A stretch of DNA of 64,000 nucleotides, from positions 32,001 through 96,000 of the forward strand of contig JBGARZ010000023.1 in the NCBI GenBank assembly GCA_044229975.1. Reading direction: 5' to 3'. Both the position numbers and the translations under genes were made by a program. The notes under the pieces are model-generated. The model was not told where the DNA came from. It saw only the letters and a list, made by a program, of their open reading frames with translations, and searched no databases. Shown one piece after another: positions 1 to 9,924 of this stretch; positions within the stretch are counted from its first letter, which is position 1, and the number at the start of each line of letters is the position of its first letter. Source of the DNA: Polyangiales bacterium (lineage in GTDB: Bacteria > Myxococcota_A > Polyangia > Polyangiales > Ga0077539).

Positions 1-429
1 TCGGAACTCTCGCGGCGAATCCAGGCACTCCTCGCGCGCGGCGCCATCGACGCGAAGTTCGCGGTCCAGGCGGAGGCCGAAGTGAACGTGCTGGTCAACA
101 GCCTGGGCGGCTGCGAGCGCATCCTGAAGACACCGACGCCGCTCGGGCTGGTGCTACTCATCGAGCGCCTTATCGCGCTCTACCTCTCGACGCTGCCCTT
201 CAACCTCCTCGGCCGGGTCGAGGTCTTCACGCCCCTCATCACGATGCTGATCGCCTATCCGATCCTCATGATCGACGCTCTCGGGGCCGAGTTTGACGAG
301 CCCTTCGGGCACGACGCCAACGACTTGCCACTGACCCGCATCTGCACCACGATTGAGCGCGACCTCCTGGGCAGCGAGCCACCAGCGGAGATGGTCTTCG
401 CGGGGGCGGCAACCACCGCCGAGGATTGA
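1..429 (+). CDS. Bestrophin-family (YneE-like) anion channel, 3' part (begins before window)
   Basis: Frame open from base 1; GGCERILKTPTP and EFDEPFGHDANDLPL motifs typical of bacterial bestrophins. Confidence 0.85.
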   Translation, partial: SELSRRIQALLARGAIDAKFAVQAEAEVNVLVNSLGGCERILKTPTPLGLVLLIERLIALYLSTLPFNLLGRVEVFTPLITMLIAYPILMIDALGAEFDEPFGHDANDLPLTRICTTIERDLLGSEPPAEMVFAGAATTAED

Positions 430-530
430 GTTGGGGTGTCCATCGTACGCGCTGAACCGTTGGGGATGGGGCGACCCCGTGCCTACGCTGAGAGCACCCT
501 GCGTCAGGCCGCCGATCGGCTCGACGAGCG

Positions 531-758
531 TCAGTGCTGGACGTAGACCGTCTGGCCGTGTGTCGGCTGCCCGTAGACCGTCTGGCCGTGTGTCGGCTGC
601 CCGTAGACCGTCTGGCCGTGTGTCGGCTGGACATACCCGTGCTGGTGGGTGGGTTGGCCGTAGGCAGGTGCGTGATGATCATGCATCAGACACCCACCCA
701 ACAGCGCACTCATCATGACGACGACGGAGGAGGACAATGCGAGTTTCATGTAGACCAT
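531..758 (-). CDS. Small His/Gln/Tyr-rich repeat lipoprotein
   Basis: Signal peptide ending in lipobox LLGGC, followed by HDHH and QPTHGQTVY(G/V) repeats; start could be 749. Confidence 0.7.
   Translation of the reverse strand: MVYMKLALSSSVVVMMSALLGGCLMHDHHAPAYGQPTHQHGYVQPTHGQTVYGQPTHGQTVYGQPTHGQTVYVQH
542..629. repeat. 30-bp tandem repeat x3 (coding, QPTHGQTVYG)
   Basis: cgtagaccgtctggccgtgtgtcggctg at 542, 572 and 602. Confidence 0.95.
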
Positions 759-934
759 GTTGATGCTCTCTTGCTTGTGAGATGTAATCCCGTAGGTTCA
801 TGTGGATAGGGTTTGTTGCAAGCCTTGACCTATACACAGGGTTCTGTCCGAGCACAATGCCCTGCGTTCGACGTGCCCCGACGCCCCCATGACGAAACCA
901 CACCACTTTCGTCTTCAGGTCAGGACCTTTGGAG

Positions 935-1204
935 TCAGTGACCGTGGCCACGTCGGCCATTGCCAGTCCACACCGGCGTCCCGTGCGGGGTGTAGCCACC
1001 GTGGCCCTGGTAGGGCGTGGGGATGATTCGCGGGGCGTAGACCGGCGCCTGCTGAACTGGGGCGTAGACGGGCACGGTCCATTGCCCGTGGCCGCCGTGG
1101 TGCCCCGGACCGCCGTACTGGTTGCCCCCATGGTGTTGTGCCATCGCGGTACCACCAGCGAGGAGAAGTCCGAGCGACAGGCTGAGAGTGGAGATGAAGT
1201 TCAT
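935..1204 (-). CDS. Small secreted His/Gly/Pro-rich protein
   Basis: GGAGG RBS before ATG; signal peptide ending AMA-Q; HHGG...GHHGGHG...GHGH mature region. Confidence 0.75.
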   Translation of the reverse strand: MNFISTLSLSLGLLLAGGTAMAQHHGGNQYGGPGHHGGHGQWTVPVYAPVQQAPVYAPRIIPTPYQGHGGYTPHGTPVWTGNGRRGHGH

Positions 1205-1677
1205 GATGTCCTCCGTGAGGTTTGGTTGTCGACGTCACGCATCCCCGACATCCGAGGTCAGGAAGGGCTTCGTTGGGGGTGTCGAGAGTCTACCGCTCCG
1301 CCGAAATCTGGGCGTCCTGGCGAACGGCATTTGCAGTCCTCGTGCCGCTCGTCGTCGCGGCGTCGGGCCCATGAGCAACGGTTGACGAACCACCTGCCAC
1401 GCTGGTGAAAATCGCACCTCTGGCGAGCGCTAACGGGATGCTGTTGGATTCTAGGAACGGGGGGACACCGCACCGTGTGAACCCGCGGCTTCAGCGTTGT
1501 GAGCCGCAGGTAACAGTCACGACTGTCCGCGCGCCCGGCGACCGATCAGCGCCTGGTCGTTGGTCTCCACCACGTCGACGCGCACGCGATTGTCGAGAGC
1601 GTCGATCACCGCACACGTCGTGCTTGCGGCATGCACATCCAATCCGTCCTCGCGCATAACTTCGACACACCGGCGGG

Positions 1678-2150
1678 TCACGCGGCGACGAGGATCATGC
1701 TGAGCTTCCAGGTCTCGTCGAGGGCCACGGAGATCAGCCGCTCGATGCCCGCGCGCGGCATCGTCCGAGGCGCTCGCCGGTGGTGTCGCCCCAGAGGCCG
1801 ATCAGTCCACCATCGCGGTGAGGGTGCGGCGCAGGGTGCTGTCCGAGCAGGCGATCCAGGGCGACAGACCAGCCAGGACGAAGAAGGTGCGGAGCGTCGT
1901 GGCTCCAGCTCCGCCCATCACGCCGAAGACGAAGAGCGCGGCGAGGACGATGCAGACCGCGTGTGCCCTCCGGGCTGTCGAGGAAGGACGAGAGCGACGG
2001 GCGGTCGGGGTCGCGTCGATGTCGCGCGAACCAGCCGCCCAGGTGCGACGCGCCAAGCTGCGCCGTCGGGCGGCGGCGCGCAGGGTGGATGCGCCCGCGT
2101 GGGCCATGTCGGCGGCGCGCTCGAAGCGGGGGAAGTGCGCGAGGCACGAG
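1678..2150 (-). pseudogene. Frameshifted, truncated transposase-like remnant (DUF6399-like)
   Basis: Pieces in different frames join into SFLDSPEG..LHR / IVLAALFVFGVMGGAG..FFVLAGLSPWIACS / LISVALDETW..MILVA*, resembling DUF6399 proteins as recalled; not searched. Confidence 0.5.
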
Positions 2151-2444
2151 GCCCTTGGGTCGCCGAAGAAACTTGGGCAGGGGTGAGGAGCACGGTCCGT
2201 CCTCGGGTGCGAGGGGTGGCGTAGAGAACCGCTCTCATGCCCCCGGTCGGGCCGTGCGTTCAACCCCTGGGGAGCTCCTGCCCGGGGCTATGCTCGTTCA
2301 GCATGGCGCAGATAGACGGGTAGCCCGGTCTTGCTTCGCCCGGTCGCTCAGGTATCTGTCCCCAGACGCGCGGTCGCCCGCGCCGCGTGAGGACGCCGTC
2401 GTCGGAGAGCCCGACGGACACCCCACCGGAAAGACCGCCCAGAC

Positions 2445-3908
2445 ATGACAGGCCACTTTGCAGCGCGGGTCGGAATGCTTCTCGCGGGCATGTTGCTGAC
2501 CCCCGCGCCAGTGAGCGCGAACGGTCGCTTCCCGACGGCGGGCTACTTCGTCGCAGGCCCCGGGGTCCGCAATGACGTGTTCGCGCTGCGTACCACCTTC
2601 GGCGTGCTCGCCTCGCGCGACGCCGGGCAGACGTGGACGTGGGTCTGCGAGGCCGCCTACAACCAGATCGGCGCGAGCGACCCCACGCTCTCCATCGGCG
2701 CCGACGGAACCCTGGTTCTCGCCTCGTACCTCGGGCTGATTGCGAGCGACGGCGACTACTGCTCCTGGCCCAGGCTGGCCGGAGTGCCGCAGCGGGATTT
2801 CGCCGACGTGACCAACACCGCCGACGGGCGCTCGCTGGTCGCGCTCGCGGGGCCCGATGGTGAGAACGCGCTCTACCTCTCCAGCGACGCCGGCCACACC
2901 TGGGAGTTGGGGGCTCGCCTCACCGGATACGCGACCGAGACCGTGGACGTCGCGCCCGGCGATCGCCTGCGCGTGTACGTCACCGGCTACGGCAGCGGCG
3001 GGCGACCGGTGCTGCTGCGGAGTGACGACGGTGGTCGTACCGTGCGCGAGGTCACGAGGGATTTCCTGGGAAACCAGAACATCTATATCGCCGGGGTCGA
3101 TGCGACGCGCCCCGACATGATCTACCTCCGCGCCATGAACGGCCTCGCGACCACGCTGCTGCGCAGCGAGGACGGCGGGGCGACGATGCGGGCCGTCGGA
3201 CGGACCGCGCGGGACATGCTGGGCTTCGCGCTCTCCGACGACGGGGAGACCGTCTGGATCGCGAGCGCCGACCGCGCGGAAGGCATCCTGCGGTCGGAGC
3301 GCGGAGGGCCCTGGGTTCGCATGGCGGCGGACGTGGGCGTGAAGTGTCTGCGCTTCCACGCGGGCACGCTGTTCGTGTGTGCGGACGAGGCGCGCGACGG
3401 CTTCGCGCTGGGCTATTCCCACGACGGTGGCGACCACGTCGACCCGCTGCTCTCGTTCCGCTTGGTGGACGGGACGACCACGACGTGCGGCTCGAGCACC
3501 CAGGTCGGCGCCACCTGTCCCGCCCTCTGGTCCTCGGAGACGATCCTGCTGCGGAGCGTTGACGCGAGCGTGCCGAACGCTCCGGTCTTCCACGACGCCA
3601 GCACCGATCATGGGGTCATCACCGACCGCCTTCCGCCGCTCGACACCTACGTCCCGCCGTCGGACGGGGCGACGGTGCGCGACGCGGGTCGTGGACTCGA
3701 CGCGGCGGTCGTGAGCGGGACTGACGCTGCGATGGACGCTCAGCGTCCTCTCGACGCGGCGGTAGGATCGACCGGCCCCGCAGGTGGTTGCGGCTGCTAC
3801 GTCGCCAGTCGCGATGCATCGAGCGATCGGGGTGGGGCGTGCGTCGCGCTGGCCGTGTGGGTCACGTTCGCGGGAACATCAAGGCGCGCGCGGCGTCGGC
3901 GGCGATGA
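2445..3908 (+). CDS. Secreted Asp-box/BNR beta-propeller protein with MYXO-CTERM-like tail (paralog 1)
   Basis: Signal peptide then NGRFP; repeated SxDxGxT(W) Asp-boxes; C-terminal GGCGC + hydrophobic helix + RRRRR. Confidence 0.85.
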   Translation: MTGHFAARVGMLLAGMLLTPAPVSANGRFPTAGYFVAGPGVRNDVFALRTTFGVLASRDAGQTWTWVCEAAYNQIGASDPTLSIGADGTLVLASYLGLIASDGDYCSWPRLAGVPQRDFADVTNTADGRSLVALAGPDGENALYLSSDAGHTWELGARLTGYATETVDVAPGDRLRVYVTGYGSGGRPVLLRSDDGGRTVREVTRDFLGNQNIYIAGVDATRPDMIYLRAMNGLATTLLRSEDGGATMRAVGRTARDMLGFALSDDGETVWIASADRAEGILRSERGGPWVRMAADVGVKCLRFHAGTLFVCADEARDGFALGYSHDGGDHVDPLLSFRLVDGTTTTCGSSTQVGATCPALWSSETILLRSVDASVPNAPVFHDASTDHGVITDRLPPLDTYVPPSDGATVRDAGRGLDAAVVSGTDAAMDAQRPLDAAVGSTGPAGGCGCYVASRDASSDRGGACVALAVWVTFAGTSRRARRRRR

Positions 3909-5377
3909 GTCCCTCGCCAGAACGTCCCCTGGGTGGCCGGAGGCGACAGGCGGTGCGGTTGGGGATGCTGTTGGTGGCGACGGCCCTGAGCTCTGCGGAG
4001 GCGCGGGCGAACGGGCGCTTCCCCGGGGCCAACTACTTCGTGGCGGGGCCGGGTTCGCGCAACGACGTGTTCGCGCTGCGTACGACCTTCGGACTGCTGC
4101 TCTCGCGCGACGGTGGTCGGGCGTGGAGCTGGGTCTGCGAGGGGGCCTACGGGGCCATCGCGGGCGACCCCGCGCTCTCGATCGGAGCGGACGGCACCCT
4201 CGTGCTCGCGTCGTACGTCGGCCTGAGCGGCAGCAGCGGCGGTGACTACTGCACCTGGGCGCCTCTGGGAGGAGTTCCTGTGCGGGACTTCATCGACGTC
4301 TCGCAGACCGCGGACGGCCGGTCGATGGTCGCCCTCGCGGGGCCCGGCGGGGAGAACGCGCTCTACCTCTCGTCCGACGGCGGGCGCACCTGGAACCCCG
4401 GCGCGCGCCTCGTCGGGTACACCACGGAGACCGTGGACGTCGCGCCCAGCGACCCGACGCGGGTCTACGTCACCGGGTACGCGACCACGGGCTCGGGCGG
4501 ACCGGTGCTGCTGCGAAGCGACGACGGCGGTCGCACCGTTCGAGAGGCCACGCGCGACTTCCTCGGCGGCGAGAGCGTCTTCCTGGCCGGGGTGGATCTG
4601 ACGCGCCCCGACGTGATCTACCTGCGCGCCGTGCGCGGCCTCCCGACGACCCTGTTGCGCAGCGACGACGGAGGAATGACCGTACGGCTCGTCGCGCAAA
4701 CCGCGCGGGAGATGCTGGGCTTCGCGCTCTCTGACGATGGTGACACGGTGTGGATCGCGAGCGCCGATCCCGCCGGGGGGATACTGCGATCGGAGCGTGG
4801 CGGCCCATGGACGCGCACCGCAGCGGACCTTGGCGTGAAGTGTCTGCGCTTCCACGCGGGCACCCTGTTCGTGTGCGCGGACGAGGCGCGCGACGGCTTC
4901 GCGCTGGGCTATTCCCGCGACGGCGGCGACCACGTCGATCCGTTGCTCTCGCTGCGTCTGGCGGAGGGCGCGTCCGGGGCTTGCGGTCCAGGCACCCAGG
5001 TGGGCGGCGCCTGCGCTTCCCGCTGGGCGACAGAGACGATGCTGCTCCGAGACATCGACGCGAGCGTGCCAACCGCGGCGGTGTTCCACGACGGGAGCAC
5101 CGATCACGGAGTCGCACTCGATCGGGCTTCGCCAATCGACGGGCCGACCGGTCGCCTCGACGCGGGTCAACCAACCGACATGATGGTCCTTCCCCCTGGT
5201 GGCTGCGGGTGTCGCGTAGCGGGGCGGGGCGGAGGGCCAGCACGGGGCGTGACGGTGAGCGCGTGGCTCACCGCGGCGGTGGTGCTCGTCGGGCGTTTGA
5301 GGCGACGAGCGCCGGCGAGGAGTGCCCATCTCCCGGCAGCCCGACTTGCTCCCGCGCAAACGGCGAGGCTCGGTTGA
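3905..5377 (+). CDS. Secreted Asp-box/BNR beta-propeller protein with MYXO-CTERM-like tail (paralog 2)
   Basis: ATGA overlap with the upstream stop; long identical stretches with paralog 1 (e.g. GVKCLRFHAGTLFVCADEARDGFALGYS); GGCGC-TM-RRR tail. Confidence 0.85.
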   Translation: MSPSPERPLGGRRRQAVRLGMLLVATALSSAEARANGRFPGANYFVAGPGSRNDVFALRTTFGLLLSRDGGRAWSWVCEGAYGAIAGDPALSIGADGTLVLASYVGLSGSSGGDYCTWAPLGGVPVRDFIDVSQTADGRSMVALAGPGGENALYLSSDGGRTWNPGARLVGYTTETVDVAPSDPTRVYVTGYATTGSGGPVLLRSDDGGRTVREATRDFLGGESVFLAGVDLTRPDVIYLRAVRGLPTTLLRSDDGGMTVRLVAQTAREMLGFALSDDGDTVWIASADPAGGILRSERGGPWTRTAADLGVKCLRFHAGTLFVCADEARDGFALGYSRDGGDHVDPLLSLRLAEGASGACGPGTQVGGACASRWATETMLLRDIDASVPTAAVFHDGSTDHGVALDRASPIDGPTGRLDAGQPTDMMVLPPGGCGCRVAGRGGGPARGVTVSAWLTAAVVLVGRLRRRAPARSAHLPAARLAPAQTARLG

Positions 5378-5443
5378 CGGAAATGCGAGTGCTTTGATAG
5401 GGCAGTCTCGGAGTGTGCTGGCGCACCTCATTGGGAGGACATC

Positions 5444-5749
5444 ATGGATATCCGAACTGTCGCTTTTGCCGTCGCTTCGTTGGCTTTGGGTTTGGCTGCC
5501 GGAGACATCAGGGCTGAAACACCGATCACCATGCAGGAGGACGTGCTCCAGACACCTCCCGCGACCCCCTTGCAGCACTGCTGGCAAGAGTGCCATCCCG
5601 AGTGCCATCCGGTTTGCGTCCCCGAGTGCCATCCGGTCTGCCACCCCATCTGTGATGCCGATGGGCACTGCCACCAGGACTGTCACCAGGAGTGCCACCA
5701 GGACTGTCACCAGGAGTGCCACCAGGAGTGCCACCAGGTTTGCCGCTGA
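5444..5749 (+). CDS. Secreted Cys/His periodic-repeat peptide (C-H-x-x repeats, 14 Cys)
   Basis: GGAGG RBS; signal peptide; CWQECHPECHPVCVPECHPVCHPIC-DADGH-CHQDCHQECHQDCHQECHQECHQVCR. Confidence 0.8.
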   Translation: MDIRTVAFAVASLALGLAAGDIRAETPITMQEDVLQTPPATPLQHCWQECHPECHPVCVPECHPVCHPICDADGHCHQDCHQECHQDCHQECHQECHQVCR

Positions 5750-5947
5750 CGAAGAGGCGGACCTCCTCGTCGGAAGCCCGCATGTAGAGAGCGAGTGCGC
5801 GCGTTGGCGAGGTTTCTTCCGGGGGGTGTCGCCATCGAAATCCGTCGAGGTGCGACGGAGGCAACGTATCGGGGATCGTCCAAGCTGCGAAGGCCCGATC
5901 GCCGCGAGGCGTGCCGCACCTGCAACCGTTGGGTGTACCTTCCCGGC

Positions 5948-7258
5948 GTGCTTCGACGAGCTCTCCTCGCAACCGCGCTGAGCTTCCTTCCAGCCACGGC
6001 CTACGGCAACGGACGCTTCCCCCAGGCGCAGGAGTTTCACCAAGCCCCGGGCTCGAACAGCGAGCTCATGGTCGTGCGCGCCACCTTCGGACTCATCGTC
6101 AGCGTCGACCGGGGCCAGCGGTGGGAATACTGGTGCGAGGACGCTCTGCAGTACTCCGACGGCTACGATCCGCCGCTGACGTACACCGCCAACGGCACGC
6201 TGCTCGTCGCCCTCGACAACGGCCTCTTGAGCACCCGCGATGGGTGTTCAGTTCGCCGCCAACCCGACCTCGAGTCCCTCAGCGTCAAGGACATCGCCTC
6301 GTCGCCCGACGGCCGCGTGACATGGGCGATCGCGGTGACCCGCAGCATACGACCCGACTCGCGCGTCGCACGTTCGACCGACCAGGGCCTCACCTTCGAG
6401 TTCGTCGGCGACCGCTTCGAGGGGGTGATGCTGGAAACCATCGAGGTCGCGGGCTCCGATCCGCTGCGGCTCTACGCCACCGGCACGCTGACCTCCGACG
6501 GCACCGCGGTGCTCTTCCGCACCGTGGACGGCGGCGTGCGCTGGGTGCGCGCCAGCGCGGGCTTCGGCGAGGCTAGCGGGGTGTACGTCTCCGGCGTCGA
6601 TGGGCATCGCCCGGAGGTCGTCTACCTGCGCGCGACCGCGGCCGGGCGGGACATGGACGCCGGCCCCGCGGGCAGCGCTGATGTGCTCTTCCGCAGCGAC
6701 GATGGGGGTGAGACGCTGCGCGAGGTGCTTCGTACCCGCGGCCCGATGCGGGGGTTCGGACTCTCCGACGACGGTCGACGGGTGTGGGCTGGCGGGCCCG
6801 AAGACGGCGTGTGGCGCTCCATCGACGGGGCAGCGCCCACGCGCTTTTCGGACGAGCCTGTCGACTGCCTCCGGTGGAGTTCGGGTGCCCTGTGGGCCTG
6901 CCGCGTCTTCACCCTCGGCGGCCCCTTGTTGCTGCGGAGCGACGGCGACAGCGCCTTCGTCACAGCGCTTTCGGCGCCTGAGGTTGGCGGTCCTCCGGTC
7001 CGTTGCCCGACCGGAACCGTCGCGAGCGGGGTGTGTCCGTCGCGGTGGAGCGTGGTGCGGCGATCTCTCGTTCAGCCGGCGGCGATCGATGCCTCGACCG
7101 ACCAGGGCGCGGCGGTCACGCAGCCGTCCTCGGCGGGCCATGGATGCCACGCCGGACCTGGGGCGCAGGGGGCTTGGAGCGCCTTCGTCGGGTTCGCCGT
7201 TGCGGCGATCGGACGGCGGCGGCGCACTCGCACCCTCCGCTCCCGCCCTGACGGCTGA
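5948..7258 (+). CDS. Secreted Asp-box/BNR beta-propeller protein (divergent paralog 3)
   Basis: Signal peptide then NGRFP; ATFGLIVSVDRGQRW, RSTDQG, RTVDGG, RSDDGG boxes; GC-TM-RRRR tail; start uncertain (5933 or 5948). Confidence 0.8.
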   Translation: MLRRALLATALSFLPATAYGNGRFPQAQEFHQAPGSNSELMVVRATFGLIVSVDRGQRWEYWCEDALQYSDGYDPPLTYTANGTLLVALDNGLLSTRDGCSVRRQPDLESLSVKDIASSPDGRVTWAIAVTRSIRPDSRVARSTDQGLTFEFVGDRFEGVMLETIEVAGSDPLRLYATGTLTSDGTAVLFRTVDGGVRWVRASAGFGEASGVYVSGVDGHRPEVVYLRATAAGRDMDAGPAGSADVLFRSDDGGETLREVLRTRGPMRGFGLSDDGRRVWAGGPEDGVWRSIDGAAPTRFSDEPVDCLRWSSGALWACRVFTLGGPLLLRSDGDSAFVTALSAPEVGGPPVRCPTGTVASGVCPSRWSVVRRSLVQPAAIDASTDQGAAVTQPSSAGHGCHAGPGAQGAWSAFVGFAVAAIGRRRRTRTLRSRPDG

Positions 7259-7348
7259 CGAGCCGTGGGAACTTCCGAGCTCTCCGAAAGAACTACTGCC
7301 TCCCACTGAGCCGTCCCTCCAGGTTGCGGCCAACGCTCTGCGCCTGCT

Positions 7349-7657
7349 GGCGTTCAGCGATACCCGACGTACGACGCAGTTGCCCGTTGGCTTGTGACGT
7401 CAATCCCTCTAGAAGGCGTTACTTCTTGCCATCATAAAGGCAAGATATCCTCCGTCTGGATCCCTCCTAATCCGGGGCCGAGGGGCGCGAAGCGGAACCG
7501 ACGGCCTGTAGAGCACCTCTACAGAATGCCTCAGGCCGACAAATTAGCTAACGATTATAGCAAGTTATCGGCATGGCTCCACCGGGGTCTGCCGGAATCT
7601 GGCCGCTCGTGCTTCCACCGGGGTCTGCCGGAATTTGGCCGATCGCTCGGCCGGGCC
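7349..7657. repeat. Origin-like element copy 1 (palindromes, AT-rich stretch, two iterons); inverted homolog of 12127-12464
   Basis: Aligns by eye to the reverse complement of 12127-12464; iterons ccaccggggtctgccggaat(c/t)tggccg at 7579 and 7615; palindrome CTGTAGAG-cac-CTCTACAG at 7506-7524. Confidence 0.8.
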
Positions 7658-7665
7658 ACCGTCTG

Positions 7666-9181
7666 CTACCGCCCACTCAGTCGGGCGACAGCTTCTTCGA
7701 GCGCGCGTCCCATCTCCGCCTCGGGGTCCGCTTCGGCCCGGATCACGCTCCGCGTCCCGACCCCAAGAGTTTGGGTCACCTGGACCTGAGTCCAGCCCTT
7801 GGACCTGCGCCATGCGCGCAGCTCGCTGCCCGTCGGGATCGAGGGCACTGGGGCGGCTCGACGGGCGGGAGGTGGTGGATCAGGCGGTCGCGGACCCACT
7901 GGGGGGGTAGAGGTGACAGCGGCCCCCGAGCGTCCGTTCGCCGCCCGCTTGACACCATCGCACCTCGCCCAGACCTTCGACGCGTTGGAGTTCGGCCAAG
8001 TCGCGCTCGAGGGACGTCCAGGCGCGACCCGGCTTGTTGGAGTCGAACTTGATGCCCGCGGTCTCGAGGAGTCCCTGGCCGGTGAGCGTGACGCACTCCC
8101 GGCCCTTCGCGAGGTCCCAGCGCCAGTGGATCGGGAGGATCAGTCCCAGGGCGAGGGCGCAGGGGTGGCGCACATGGTCGATGCGCGCGAGGTCGGCCGG
8201 GGCGGGTGCCCAGAGTGATCCCAGGGTGCCGTCGCGGTCCCGGACACCCTCGTAGAGCGCGGGGTGGATGGCCAGCACGAGCCCCTCCAGCGCCCACTCG
8301 GAGTCGTAGATCGCCTCGGCCCGCTGCGTGATGCTGAGCACGGGGCCGCGCATCCGCAGCTCCCCGCTGCGGTGGTAGATGGCCAGTTCGAGCCGCGTCA
8401 GCGCTTCGACCTCGTCGGCGACGACCTTACGCACGGAGTCGTCGCGGCGCGCGCGGTCGGAGTACCCGAGCGCGTCCATGTGCGCCTCGATTTTCCACCG
8501 CACGAACCCCGTTCGCCCCTCCGTGGTGAGCAGCCGGTGCCAGGCCGCCCAGTGCCGGAGCCCCTGCCACCCGCACCACGCCCTCACGGCGTGGATGATC
8601 CGCTCGGGGAGTTCTCGGACGTCCAGCTGCAAGCGCACCTGCCGGGTGGGGGCGAGGATCTCGGCCCACCCGTCCATGACCGGCGTCTTGTGCGGTTGCC
8701 TGTCTTTCGGGCGGTCGCGCCAGCCGTTGAGCAGCGCGTGGTGCGCGGGACCCGCGTCGAGTGCCATGAACGGCCGCTCGCGGTCGCGCTGGGCCGCGCG
8801 GACCGCGTGAGCCGAGAGCGCCGACAACGCCAGGACCCTCGCCAGCTCCCAGACCCTGGACAGGAAGTCCTGCTCGCCCGCGACCCCTTGCTCGGCGGCC
8901 ATGACCAGCGAGGCTGCACCCCACGTCCAGTCGAAGGCCGCCCCGCCGCGGATTCCGGGAAGGGTCGCCGGTCTGTCCGGTGTACCGGTTCCCCGATCGA
9001 CTGGGCGGTTCGCGCCGTTGGCTTGGAGCGCGAGGACGGTGCTGAACACCTCGCCGCGCGCTTCCAGATCGCTGCGAAGGTCGGCGAGGCCTTCCGGGCC
9101 GCTCGCCGTGGCCAGGAGCCGGTCGATCACCAGGCCGAGGTCCTTGTCCGACACCAGGGCTCGAAGCGCGTTCCGCAGCAC
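7666..9181 (-). pseudogene. Frameshifted paralog of the putative Rep-HTH protein at 12751-14397
   Basis: Strong similarity to 12751-14397 (ELPERI.HA..AW..WQGLRHWAA; IHPALYEGVR; ALALGLILPI.WRWD); frameshift at the G-run near 7900 and again near 7850; HTH in a separate frame; 5' end abuts an ATPase fragment. Confidence 0.8.
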
Positions 9182-9192
9182 CTGGGCGTCGG

Positions 9193-9737
9193 CTCGGCGT
9201 CACGGACACGCCGCGCGAGCACGCGAAGGAGGTGCTGAGGGAGCTGCTGGCGATGAGGGTCCAGAAGACGCTCATGCTGAGCGGAGACCACCAGGGGTCG
9301 CCGACGCGGTGGCCCGGCAGGTCGGCCTGACCGACGCGAAGGGCGACCTGCTCCCCGAGGACAAGGGCCGCGTCATCGACGAGCTCGCGAAGGCCGGCGT
9401 CGGCGTCGCCATGGTAGGCGACGGGTTCAACGACGCCCCAGCGCTCGCCTGATCGACCGTCGGGATCGCCATGCGGGCAAGCGGTTCGGACGTGGCGCTG
9501 AAGACAGCAGACATCGTGCCCATGGGTGACGACCTGCGGGCTTTGCCCTTCGCCGTGGGCCTCAGCCGCGCCTGCCGGCGGGTCATCCAACAGAACCTCT
9601 GGGCGAGTCTCGGCATGGTCGCGTTCCTCATCCCAGCAACTGTGTTCGGGATCGCCGGCATCGGCGTCGCGGTCGTGCTGCACGAAGGTTCGACACTCCT
9701 TGTCGTGACCAACGCCCTGCGCCTGCTGGCATTCATT
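9193..9737 (+). pseudogene. C-terminal fragment of a heavy-metal P1B-type ATPase
   Basis: DTPR..MLSGD (frameshift) [19 protein letters not shown] then SDVALKTAD..QNL..VVLHEGSTLLVVTNALRLL. Confidence 0.85.
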
Positions 9738-9744
9738 GCCCCCA

Positions 9745-9819
9745 TTTCACAGCGAAACCATAGTTGCTTCTCCGCCTTTCCTTCTGGACGTCATTCCTTC
9801 ATGCCGTCACGAAGGCAAG
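9745..9819. repeat. ~75-bp diverged direct repeat of 12470-12544
   Basis: tttc.cagcgaaacc.tag...ccgcctttcc....gacgtcattccttc.tg.cgtcacgaaggcaag in both copies. Confidence 0.8.
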
Positions 9820-9844
9820 ATGGTCGCGTCGTACCGTGCGTCCA

Positions 9845-9923
9845 CGCCGCGTGCTTCCACTGCGACCCTCTGCTGGAGGGGTGTGACCCCGATCCGGCGT
9901 GACATCAGTCGTCGAGCTGTTGA
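9845..9923. repeat. ~80-bp direct repeat of 11827-11910
   Basis: cgccgcgtgcttccactgcgaccctctgctgg...ggggtgt.gaccccgatccggcgtg.catcag.tcgtcgagctgttga in both copies. Confidence 0.9.
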
Positions 9924-9924
9924 G

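Noticed and set aside
783..808. TGTAAT at 783 (and at 46763) as extra CorE-type promoters
   Set aside because: No CGTC at the 16-bp spacing; the first is on the wrong strand for nearby genes and the second overlaps a start codon
1400..1660. Hairpins as an ncRNA or riboswitch (also 19900-19960)
   Set aside because: Short GC-rich stems are expected by chance and I recognise no family motif; an Infernal/Rfam scan would be needed
5444..5749. Cys-rich peptides (also 50688-50870) as RiPP precursors or c-type cytochromes
   Set aside because: No radical SAM, YcaO, LanM or peptidase-transporter nearby; spacing is CxxxCH, not CxxCH; both have Sec-type signal peptides
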